From NCBI GenBank assembly GCA_963719225.1, contig CAVRAY010000001.1, positions 1,376,001-1,440,000 on the forward strand: a DNA stretch of 64,000 nucleotides. Reading direction: 5' to 3'. The notes below the pieces were generated by a model that had not been told where the DNA came from, did no database searches, and saw only the letters and a program-made list of their open reading frames with translations. Both the position numbers and the translations under genes were made by a program. The stretch comes from Thermoanaerobaculia bacterium (GTDB taxonomy: Bacteria > Acidobacteriota > Thermoanaerobaculia > UBA5066). Of the stretch, positions 11,801-23,800 are shown one piece after another; the first letter of the stretch is position 1; each line of letters starts with the position of its first letter.

Positions 11801-14800
11801 GGCCTCGCGAGCCTGCCGGGCGCGGGAAGCGCGAGCGATCCCTACCGCGTGGTGCTGGGCGCGAAGGGCACCGTGAACGTGCTCGTCAGGGACGGCGGGG
11901 GCAATCCCGTTTCCGGCGCGACCGTGACGCTGACCTCGTCCGCCATCAGCCAGTTCGGATCGGCGACGGACGGCAGCGGCCGCGTGACGTTCAACGCGGT
12001 TCCGGGGGGGAACCTCATGGTCTCGGCGAAGCTCAGCTCCACGGGCTTCGGAGGGATCGCGACCGGCGTTCTGACGTACGACGACGAGACCGTCGACTTC
12101 ATCGTGAACCTCGCCCCGGCCGTCTCGGCGCACGGCATCGTCTACCACCCGCTTGCGGGTGACGTCTACACCGGCGATCCCTCCTCCCTCGTGCCCGAGG
12201 ACAAGGCGATCGTCCAGATCCGCGATTCCAGCAACCAGCTCCAGATCGTCCAGACGGGGCCGGACGGGAAATACCGCTTCAACGTCCTCAGGACCGGCGC
12301 CTATGCGATCTCGGCCTCGAACCAGACGGGCGAGTCGGTTGCGGCGGGGGCGGGGACGCTCGCCGGTCCGGACGGGAACGACAACGCCCTGCCCGACCTC
12401 CTCCTGGACGCGTCCCGCCCGCTGATCGTCTCTCTGACGCCTTCGCCGGGGCAGGCTGGCGTCTCGCGCGGCGCGCTCGTGGAGATCGTTTTTTCGGAGC
12501 CGCTTCTCTCCGCCGTCCTCCCGACCGGAGCTCCCTCGTCGCCGTACTTCACCCTGAGGTCGGGCGCGACGGGGCTGATCGCCGTTGGTACGTGGAACAG
12601 TTTGCTGAACACCCAGGGGCAGCAGATCGTCCGCTTCACGCCCTCCGCGCTCTACGACAACTCCACCGTCTACAGCCTCACGATCGCGGGCGGCCCGGGC
12701 GGCGTCCGCGATCGCGCGGGCCGTCCGCTCACCGACTCGGGTGACGTCGGTTCCAACTTCACGACGTCGGACACGGTCGGCGCGAGCGTCGTCGGTTCGG
12801 TTCCGCCCATCACGGTGCCGGTCGATCCCGCGGGAGAGATCCGCTTCGACTTCAGCGAGGTCGTGTCGGGCACGGCCTCGGAGCTGGACGGCGACGGCGT
12901 GGGCGACGCCGCCGAGCTGTTCTGGCAGCAGAACGGAAGCCCGACGTGGCAGCCGATCCCCATCACCATGTTCCTCACGCGCGGCGGCTATTCGCTGACG
13001 GTTCAGCCGCCGTCCGGCGTGACCTATCCGAACGACAGCCTGAAACGGCGCATCCACATCTCGAGGCTGCGGGACGTCTCCGGCAATCCGATGGCCGGCT
13101 ACGACCAGACGTTCCGCATCTGGGACACGAACGCGCCGCACGTGGACGTCGCCTTCCCGCCGGGCGCTCCGGGCGGAGACCTCTTCGGCGGCAACAACTA
13201 CGTGTTGACGCCGGCGCTTTCGAGCCTGGACGACCCTTCGAACGGTCCCGGGGGCGACATCGACCGCGTGGACTACTTCCTCGCCTCGGCCGGCGACCCG
13301 ATCTCGCCGTCCCCGACGCCCGTCTACTCGGGGCGCGTCAGCCCGTTCGCGTTCTCGTTCGTGGCGGCATACGTCGGGAACGGCGTCGACCCGCGTCCGT
13401 TCCCGGTCTGGGTGCAGGCCGTGGACACCTCGACGAACAAGAGCAACGTCGTCAAGCTCGCGATGCAGGTCGTGCCGAATGCGCCGCCCGTCGTCGCGTC
13501 CGTCGGCGCGGCGGCCCTTTCGCCGGTGGCGGGTACCTTCTACGCGGGCTCGGCCGTGAGGGCCACCGCGTTCGGCGTGGCGGATCCCGACGGCTCACAG
13601 GTGACGCTCGCCGTGGAGCTCCGCAGGGATCATCCGGGAGTTCCGAACGATCCCACCGACCTCGTCGCGACGCCGGCGTCGCGTCTCGTCACCCGGCCGC
13701 CGACCGGCTGGCTCGACCTCGTTCCGCCGGACTTCGACACCTCGATCCCCGTCTCGATGGCGGAAGGAACGAGCCTCTTCTTCCGCGTAAAGGCGACCGA
13801 TACGCTCGGCGCTGCGGCGACCGTCGAGAGCCTGCGCTTCGCGGTCGCCCACGATCCGAATCCGCCCACGATCGACAGCTTCGTCGCCCGCGCGGCGGGC
13901 GCGTCGAGCCCCGCCACACGGTTCACGATCGGCCAGAAGTTCGTCGTGGAGTTCCGCGCGCGGGACGCCGAGACCGCCGTGCAGACCGTGTCGCTCGCCC
14001 TGAGCGACGTTTTCGCTTCTCCGCAAGCGGCCACGCTCGTGGCCGGCACGACGAACCTCTACCGCACGGGCGAGCTGACCGTGCCGACCGGTCTGCCGCC
14101 GGCGGGCACGGCGGTCACGGCGACCGCGTCCGCCACGGACTGGGGCGCGAACACGGGGACCGGCACGTTGTCGTTCCTCGTTTCCCCTTCACCCGATCCG
14201 TACGCCCCGGCGGTGGAGTGGATTTCGCCGTGGGAAGGCTCGCTCTGGCCGGCTGCGTACACGTCGGTTCTGTCGGCGCAGGGCGCCGCGCTGCTGCTCC
14301 GCGCGAGCGTCACGGACAAGGACCAGGATGCCTCGGGAGACATTCCCGGCACGATCGTGAGCGTGGAGTTCCGCGGGCCCGCGGACGCGGCGGGGACGCT
14401 CGCGGCGGCGTTCACCCCCGGCATTCTCGTGCCCGGCACGAACGCACCCGGCGCGGGCACTTATCAACTCCAGTGGCGCGTCCCGAACGGCGTCGTGGAC
14501 GGCGCCTCGCTCCCGTTCGAGGTCCGCGCCACCGACACCGGCGGCAACGTCACGACGCAGAGCATGAGGATGCGCGCGTCGAAGTTCCGCAAGGTGTACG
14601 AGGGAGCCCAGACCGCCGCGCTTCCGGGCGACGCCATTCTTGCGCCCGGCGGCGCGGCGTCGGGGCCGGTCTTCCTTCTCGACGGGGCCACTCTCAGCGT
14701 CTACCCGCAGACCGACTCGACGGTGCGGACCCTGACGAGCCTCTTCATCTGGGCGGGCGCGCAGGATGGGACTCTCGTCGTGAACCCGAGCGTGCTCACG

Positions 14801-17800
14801 GCTCCCGAGGTGACCTCCTACGCGTCCTCGGTCCTCTTCTATGCGCTCGAGCTCACCGTCACGGACACGATGGGCCTCGGCGCGGCCTGTCGGATCGACA
14901 TGAGCGCGAGGGGTCTTCTGGGATCGACTCCAACGCAGTCGATGATCCTTCCGGGGCAGACGGGTTCGCAGCAGTACGCGGGCGGCTCGCACGGGGGTTC
15001 GGGCACGCCCGGCTCTCCGAGCGGGGGCTTCGCCCGGACGGATCTCAGCCCCGCCGGCTCCGTCTACGACGCGGTCAAGGATCCATCGCTGCCGGGGGGC
15101 GGCGGCGGCTATGCGACGGGAGGGACCGGCACGACGCCGACGGGCGGCGGGACGGGCGGCGGCGTCGTGAGGCTGCTCGCGCCCGGCGCGACTATGCACC
15201 TCGGTGGCGACGTTCTCGCGGACGGCGGCGACGGACCGGGAGGCTTCACCGGCGGCGGCGGGGCCGGGGGGGCGATCCGCATCGTGGCGGCGCGGATCGA
15301 GGGCGCGGGCACCTTGTCGGCGGGAGGCGGCCGGGGAACGAACGGGAACACCGCGGGCGGCGGAGGCGGCGGCCGCGTGTCGTTGTCCTTCGCGGATCCG
15401 CCGTCGGCCGCTCTCGCCCTGAAGCTCTCCGCCGCCGGCGCACTGAATGCTCCGCCGCCGGACGCGAACGCGCAGCAGCGCGCCGGTGCGGGCACGATTT
15501 ACGTCGAGGAGACGGATGCTTTCGGCGTGCCGAAGGCGCCGGGAAAGCTCATCGTCACGAACGGTTCCGGGAAGCCCGCCTGGCCCACGCCCTTCTCCGG
15601 CGCACAGCGCTTCGGGGCGGTCGAGGCGCACGGCGCGGCGCGACTCGTCTTCGACGACGACCTCTCCGTGGGTCCCGTCGACCCGGGCGCGCTCAACGAT
15701 CGTGCGTCCCTCGCGCTCGACCTGGAAGCGCGAGCCCTGCTGAAGCCCGACCTGCCTCAGATCGCGCTGACGGCTTCGCCGGATGGCGGCGACGTGAAGA
15801 CCGGCCAGCAGCTGTCGGCCTCGTACACGCTCTCGGATCCGCTCGGCTTGTTCGGTTGGATGACTGCGTTTTCACCGTCGGGCTCCACTGCGTCCACGTT
15901 TGCCGACGAGCCCGTCACCTTCTCGAGCGGCGTGCTGTCCTTGCAGGTGCCAGCCAGTCAGCCTCCCGGGCCGATCACGTATTCGTTGCAGGTCAGCGAT
16001 CGGGCGGGACGCTCGCAGTCCGTCACGAAATCGTGGACCGTCCTGCCGGACTCGCCGCCGTCACTCGCGCTGACCGCGCTGACACCCGGTCCGTCGGTCC
16101 TCCCCGGCACCGTGCTCACGGCCACGGCGACCGCCTCTGACGACGTCGGACTCACGCGAGTCGTGTTCACGCTCTCGGGCGCGATCGCGACGTCCGACAC
16201 GCGCAACGTCAATACCGCGTCGACAGTTCAGGTCTTCTCTTACACGTTGCCGAACAACCTCGCGGCGGGCCAGACCGTGGCGCTCCAGGTGGACGCGTTC
16301 GACACGTTCGGCCACAAGACCTCGGCGTCGCCGGTGACGTACACGATCGTCGCCGACACTGTACCGCCCGTGATCACATCGGTAGCGCTCTCGCCCGTGA
16401 AAGCCGGAGACGTCTACACGACGGGAGACGACGTCACGTTCACGGTGACCGCGACCGACAATGTCGCGCTCGCGCGCATCAACCTCACGATCGGCGGCAA
16501 CACGACCCCCTTCACCTCGTCGCCGGCCGTCATCATTTTCCGCGCTCCGAACGTGACCGGCTCGACCCCCTTCACGCTCGACGTGGAAGTGTTCGACGTA
16601 GCGGGCAATCGGTCGACGGCGTCGAGAACGATCAGCGTCGTGCCCGCGGGCGGTGGAACGTTCCCGGTCGTCTCGTTCACGTGCCCCACCGCGGGTGCGT
16701 ACCTGCCGTCGACCTATGCGGCGTTCCAGCTTGTTGCGACGGCCAGCGACGGGGCCGGCATCACGAAGATCGAGTTCTTCCGCCCCGGCGATTCGACGCC
16801 GTTCTCGACCTCCACGCCACCTTCCGGAGCGCCGACCTCGTACGTCGGGACGTCCACGGCGATTACGTTGCCCACGGTCCCGGGCGACACGATCGTGACC
16901 TACCGCGCGCGGGCGTGGAACGCGGCGAGTCATTCCACCGACGTGTCCGTGGACGTCCACGTCGTGCCGACGGTCGACATCGCGACGGCCAAAGCGTCGG
17001 ACGTCGCGGTGGTGCGGACGGGCACCGTCACGCTCGACACCCCGAAGACGTTCGCGGGCCTGGTCATTCTGAAGGGCGCTGCATTGACGCACTCGGCGAC
17101 GTTGGCGGTCGGTGCGGAAAAGTCTCTCAACCTGACGGTGAACGGGCCGACCTACGTCGAGTGCGGCGGGGCGATCAACGTTACGGGGAAGGGATACCCG
17201 TCGGGTATGACGTACCCGGGAGCCGCCCTTTCGGGAGCGGGTGGACATCTCGGGAAAGGGGGCCCCGGCGATACGTATGGGAGCGTCGCTCGGCCGCAGG
17301 AGGCGGGCTCGAACAACGGCGGCGGCATCGTACGGATCTCCTCGTTCTCGGCCTTCGTCGTGGATGGGACGATCGCGGCAGATGGAGCGAACGGAGCGAG
17401 CGGAGCAGCCGGAGGCGCAGGTGGATCGGTCTGGCTGACGACGAGCGGCCTTCTCGCCGGGAGTGGAATCGTCCAGGCGCGGGGGAGCTTGGGTTCTGCC
17501 TCCGCGGGCGGAGGCGGAGGCGGCGCGGTCGCCCTTGAGTTCGGCTCCTCGTCCGGCGGCGTGGTTGCGAATTCGCGCGCGGACGCGCCGAATGCGGGGT
17601 CTAGTGCCACGGGCGGAGCCGGGACGGTTCTCATCAAGGGCCCGGCGTCCCAGTTGGGCGAACTGCGAATCGACCCGCGCGGAGTCTTTTCTGGTCCGCC
17701 TCAAACGGTCCTGCCGTCTTTCGGCTCGGGAACGGCGCAGCCGGGGACGAGCGGCCCGACGCTCGTGACCGACCGTTCGGCTAACGTCCCCGCGTACTTC

Positions 17801-20800
17801 GCGGGCCACTGGGTCGAGGTGCGCGCCTCGTCCGGCGTCCTGAAGGGTACGTGGCGCATCGGGACCACGCCGGGCGCGATCAACGCCAAGACGGTCACGC
17901 TCGTCCCGAACGACGTGGAGACGTTGTCGCTCGCCCCCGGCGATTCCTGGCAGGGTCTCTATCGTTTCGACTCGATGCGTGCCTCAGCCGCCGCCTTGGT
18001 CAGCAGCGGCGACCCGATCGAAGTTGTGGCCGCAGCAGGAACTACGATCACGGGTTCGGGCGACAGCACTGCTCCCTTCCAGGTGCGAGCGCCGCTGCGG
18101 GGCGCGAACCTGACGCTCGAGGCGGCCGTCGCGCTCGGGAAACCCGTCGACGGAGGAAACCTCACGGTGAAGTCCGGAGCGATCGTCACGCCCGCCTTCG
18201 GCATCGGCCTGTCGCGGCCCTTTGGCCTCTCGATCAGCCTCTCCGGAGCTCTCGTGGTCGAGAGCGGAGGCGCAATCGACACGAGCACTTATGGCTATGG
18301 ATCCGTCGAGACATATCCGGGAGCCGTGACGGCGGGATCCGGGGTGGGGGGTGGACATCTGGGCCTCGGAGGGCTTGGTACTCCCGGAGGGACGTTCGGG
18401 AGTGTGACGCGTCCGCAGGAAGCTGGCGGAGGGGGATGGGCGTACTCCGGCGGCGGAATCGTCAGAGTGGTCGCCCCTGCGGGAATTACGATCGACGGTG
18501 CAATTCGGGCGAACGGACAGGACGTCGCTGCCCCCGGCGTTTTCGGGGCGGGGGCGGGTGGCTCCGTATGGTTGACGACGTCCGCGACGCTTGCAGGAGC
18601 GGGTGTAATCGAAGCGAGCGGAGGCAAGCTGGTCGTCGCGGGGGCTGCCGCTGGAGGCGGCGGCGGTGCCGTCGCGCTGGAATACGGGTCGGTCATCGGA
18701 ACGGTCGTCGCCAACTCTCGCGCGACCGGGGGCACGGGAGCGGGTGCAGCGCGCAGCGCTGGAGCGGGGACGATCTGGACGAAGGGGGCCGCGTCGACGT
18801 TTGGCGACCTTCTGATCGACAACGGAGGGACGACAGGTCAGGCGACGGTCCTGCCGTCGCTCGGGAGCGGGATTGTGCAGGCCGGCAGTGCCGGAACGAC
18901 GCTCGTGACGGACCGGGCCGCAGACATCCCGGCGTACTTCGCTGGGCACTGGGTGGAGATCTCGAACTCTTCGAGCGCCTTGAAGGGCACGTGCCGGATC
19001 TCGACGGCACCGGGCGGGATCGTCGCCAGGACCGTCACGCTGACGTCGTGCAGCTCGTCCTTCTCCGTCGATCCTCTCGACAAATGGCAGGGCGTTTACA
19101 TTTTCGATTCGGTCACGACTCCCAACAACGAACTCTTTCAGAGCATCGACCCGTTCCGCCTCGGCGGAAACAGGCCGATCACACTCAACGGCCCCACGGC
19201 CGCAGGAAAATATCTCGAGGTGCCGGGAACCGTCTTGGGCACGGCAGTGACGGTGACCGGAAACGTCTCGGTCCTCTCCATCGCCGCGACGAGTCTCACC
19301 GTGAAGTCAGGAGCAATTCTGACGCACCCGGTCACGACCGCGAGCACGACGAACAGCCTCGCGATCGCCGTGTCGGGAGCGCTCACGCTCGAATCCGGCG
19401 CCTCGATCGACGCGACGGGGCGCGGCTACCCGTTCGGAAAGACGTATCCGGGCGTCGCTCCTACCAACCCGGGCGCGAGCCACGTGGGCCTCGGCGGACA
19501 GAACGTGAACCCGGCCCTCGCCTACGGCAGCGTGTACCGTCCCGCCGAGAACGGCGCGGGAGTGTTGGCCGGCGGCGGCGCGGTGCGCGTGACCGCCGAC
19601 TCGATTTCGTTCGCCGACGCGACGAGCCTCATCCGCGCGAACGGAACGGACGATCCTTCGACCGGCGGCTCCGGCGGCGCGGGCGGCTCCGTCTGGATCA
19701 CGGCGGCATCCGTTTCGGGGAACGGAAAGATCGAAGCCCGCGGCGGCGACAGCCAGTCGTTCACCGGGACCGGCGGCGGCGGCGGGGCGGTCGTCGTGGA
19801 ATACGGGACCGCGGCCGGGACGTGGACATCCGGCGTCCTCGCGCGCGGGGGCGCGGGCAGTGGCGGCTCCGGCGTGAACCGCGATGGAGGGGCGGGCACC
19901 GCACTCCTGAAGAGCGCGTCGTCCACGTTCGGGGATCTGACCGTGGACGACAGCGGCAGGAACGCACCGACCGTGCTGCCGGCCCTCGGGAGCGGCGTTG
20001 CCCACGCGGGAAGCACGGGCGGCACACTCGTACTCGACCGGCTCTCGTGGGTGGCGCCGTTCTTCTCTGGGAACTTCGTGGAAGTCCGGAATTCGTCAGG
20101 CGGCCTGAAGGGGACGTGGCGCGTCGAGTCGATCTTCGTGCCTCAGGCGACCCAGGTCGTCGCGGATCTCGAGATCGACACACAGCCGAACCTCGCCTAC
20201 GACGGTTACTTCTTCAACTCGGGCCTCACGCTCACGCAGCACTTCGGAGGAAGCGCTCAGCCGGGCTTCGGAAACAGCCACTTCTTCGCGGCCCGCTTCT
20301 TCAACGGCCTGTGGCAGTACGACAACAAGACCGCATTCGTCACATTTACTCCCGATCCGTCTGACCGCGTTTTCGCGTCGTTCCACAAGGGCAACGGCAC
20401 GCCGACGATGACGTCGAGCCCCTGCCCCGGCGGCGCTTGTGCGCCCGTGAATGGCGTCCAGACGATCGCGGCGGCCCGCGGCCGCGTCCGAATGGGTACC
20501 TTCCTCAATGGCACGACCGACCTCAACAACATTGCGCTGGTTCTTCTGGACCTGATCCTGGCCTCGGAACCGCAGCGTCTCGTGCTCGAAGCCCCCGCGG
20601 ACGTCCAGCCCGGCGACGGCTGGCAGGGCGTCTACCGGTTCGATTCGCTGAAATCCCCGAACGGCGCGACGCTCGTGAGCGCCGACCTCATCCGGCTCGG
20701 GACCTCCAGCGCGAGCACGATCTCGGGAGCGACGGCCGGAACCCAGTATCTCGACATCGCGGGCGCGTCCATCTCGGGGCCGGCTGGCTTCAACTCGGAC

Positions 20801-23800
20801 ATCGCGATGAGCGGGCGCGTCCTCGCGGCGTCGATCGCCGGCTCGAGTCTCACGATCAAGTCCGGCGCGACGTTGACGCATCCCGCCACCGGGAACACCA
20901 GCGGCGGGCCCAAGAACCTGACGGTAAACGTGAGCGGTGCCCTGACCCTCGAGTCGAACGCCACCATCGATGTCTCGGGCCGCGGCTACTCGGCGGTCGT
21001 CTCCTACCCGAATACCCCGATCCCGGGCGCGGGAAGCGGCGGCAGCCACCTCGGATCCGGAGGGCTGGCGGGGTCGCCCCTTGGCGCCACCTACGGCAGC
21101 ATCGAACACCCGTCGGAGAACGGCAGCGGCGGACGGGACGACGCCGGAAACGCCGGCTACGGTGCCGGCGGAGGCGCCATCCGGATACAGGCGGGCTCCG
21201 TCGTTTTCACGGACGCCACCTCGACCGTTCGCGCGAACGGCAACAGCCTCTGCGGGTCGCCGGCGGGCGGCGCAGCGGGCGCGGGCGGGTCGGTGTGGCT
21301 CACCGCCACCGGCGCGATTTCCGGAGACGGGAAGATCGAGGCGAAGGGCGGGGACTGTGCCATCGCGCGGGGTGGTGGCGGCGGAGCGGTCTCCCTTGAA
21401 TACGCCACGACGTCGGGCACCGTCCTCGCGAACGCTTCGGCCGCCGGGGGCGCGGGCTTCGCGACGGCCGCGACGAACTCTGGCGGAGCAGGCTCGGTCT
21501 TCTTCCGTGGTCCGACCTCCGTCTACGGCGACCTCCTCCTGAACAACGCGGTCCGCACGGGAGAGACAACGGTCCTTCCGACGCTCGGAAGCGGTGTCGC
21601 CCAGCCAGGGAGCGCCGGAGCGGCCCTGATCGTGCTCACCTTTTCGCCGGTCCCCGCGTACGCGGTCGGACGGTGGATCGACGTCTCGACTTCGGCCGGA
21701 GCGCTCAAGGGAACGTGGCGGATCGGCTCCATCACGAACCAGGCGCCGTCGGGTTCCTTCACGAAGCAGACCTTGAACCTCCTCCAGAACCAGTCGGAGA
21801 CGATCGCCGTCGCTCCACTCGACAAGTGGCAGGCCGTTTATCTCCTGGACTCGTTGTCGATCAAGAACGGGGCGAGCCTCGTGAGCGCGGATCCGGTCCG
21901 CACGGCCTCCGTCACACTCGACGGCACCGCCGTTCCCGTCGTCGGAGATGTCGTGGCGGCGTCGGGCAGCGCGGAGGTCAAGGGAGCCGTCACGGCGCGC
22001 CGCATCGACGCGGCGTCGCTCGCGATCCGTGCGGGCGCCACGTTGTCACATCCGGCGATCGGCACGGACCCCACGAAGCCGGAGCGCCTCACGCTCAACG
22101 TCGCCGGCACGCTCACGATCGAGAGCGGCGCGACCATCGACGTCACGGGGAAGGGCTACGTCCTCGCGACGACGTATCCGGGGGCGACCGTCTCGGGGAC
22201 CGGCGCCGGTGGCAGTCACTTCGGCGTCGGCGGAACGGGAACGGGCGCCGGCGGATCCACGTTCGGGAATCCGGAATGGCCGGCGGAAGCGGGCGGCGGT
22301 GCCGGCGGCGGCTTCGGAAGCTCCGGAGGCGGCAGCGTGCGGATCGTCGCCGGGACTCTCGCGTTCGGAGACGCCACGAGCGCGATCCGGGCCAACGGCG
22401 GCATCACGAGCTACCGGACGGGCGCGGGCGGCTCGGTCTGGATCACCGCGGGCGCGCTCTCCGGCGACGGGGTCATCGAGGCGCGGGGCGGCGACACGAC
22501 GGGCGTCGGCGACGGGCGCGGCGGCGGCGGCGCGATCGCCATCGAATATGCTTCGGCGTCCGGGACCGCCCTCTCGAACCTTTCCGCGCGCGGCGGAAAC
22601 GGCTCCAGCAACGGCGGCCCGGGTACGATCCTCGTCAAGGGTCCCGGCTCGTTGTTCGGCGATCTGACGATCGACCGGAAGGGCGTGATCGGGGCGGGGA
22701 CGATCCTTCCCTCTCTCGGGTTCGGCTTTGCACAGGGTGGAACCAACGGCACCACGCTGGTCACGGACCACCTCACCGAGCAGCCGAAGTATTTCGTCGG
22801 ACGCTGGGTGGAGATCCGCGATGCGAGCGGCACGACCCTGAAGGGCACCTGGAGGATCACGGCGGCGTCGTTCGGCGGACCCTTCGAGCAGCAATTCTTC
22901 ACGCTCGCGCCGAACGAAGCCGAGGTGATCGACATCCTGGTCGGCGACCGGTGGCAAGCCGTTTATCGCTTCGACAACCCCCCGACGCTCCTCGGCGGAG
23001 CGACGCTCGCGAGCGTCGATCCGATCCGCATCGGCGGCACGCTGCTGAGGGCCGGGCCCTCCGCCGCGTCGATCCCGGCCGCCCAGACGATCCGCTCGGT
23101 CTCGCTCTGCACGGACATCGGCGAGGCGCTCAAGCCCGGCGGATCCTTCGCCATTTGCGCCGATTCGATCGCGCGCGATCTCACGCTCGAGATCTCGGGC
23201 GCGTTCGAGGCGCGGATCGCCGCATACGGTAACTGCCGCGATCCGATCGCGATTCCGGGCTCGGCGAAGCCGGGGCCGCTGACGATCGTCGCGAGCGCGC
23301 GGGACGCCGAGGGCCGGACGGCTTCGGCCACGGCACACGCGCTCGTCGTCGCGGACGAACGCGCGCCCGTCCTCGTGTCCGTCGAGCCGGCGCCTTCGGC
23401 GGCGCTCCGGTCGGGCGATCCGCTGCGCGTCGCGGTCGAGGCGTGGGACGACGTCGGGATCGCGTCTGTCGCCATCACCCTCGGCGGGAAGCGGGCGATC
23501 CTCACGGCGCCGCCGTACGAGATCTTCGCGCTCGCGCCGCCGGTCGCGTCGAAGGAGTCGCTGCAAGTCGTCGTCGAGGTCTTCGATCCGTCGGGCAATG
23601 TCTCGCGCCGCGAGATCGACCTCGGCGTCCTGCCGTCCGGCGCACCGCTGCCCGCGTTGGCGGCGGCGCCTGGGACGCCGGCGGAGGGCATCTCGCTCGC
23701 GGACGGCAGGCTCGCGGTGGACGGCGGCTGGCCATGGCGCGACGCCGACGGCGAGACGCGAGGCCGCACGCTCGAGCTGCCCGCGATCGGCACGCACACG

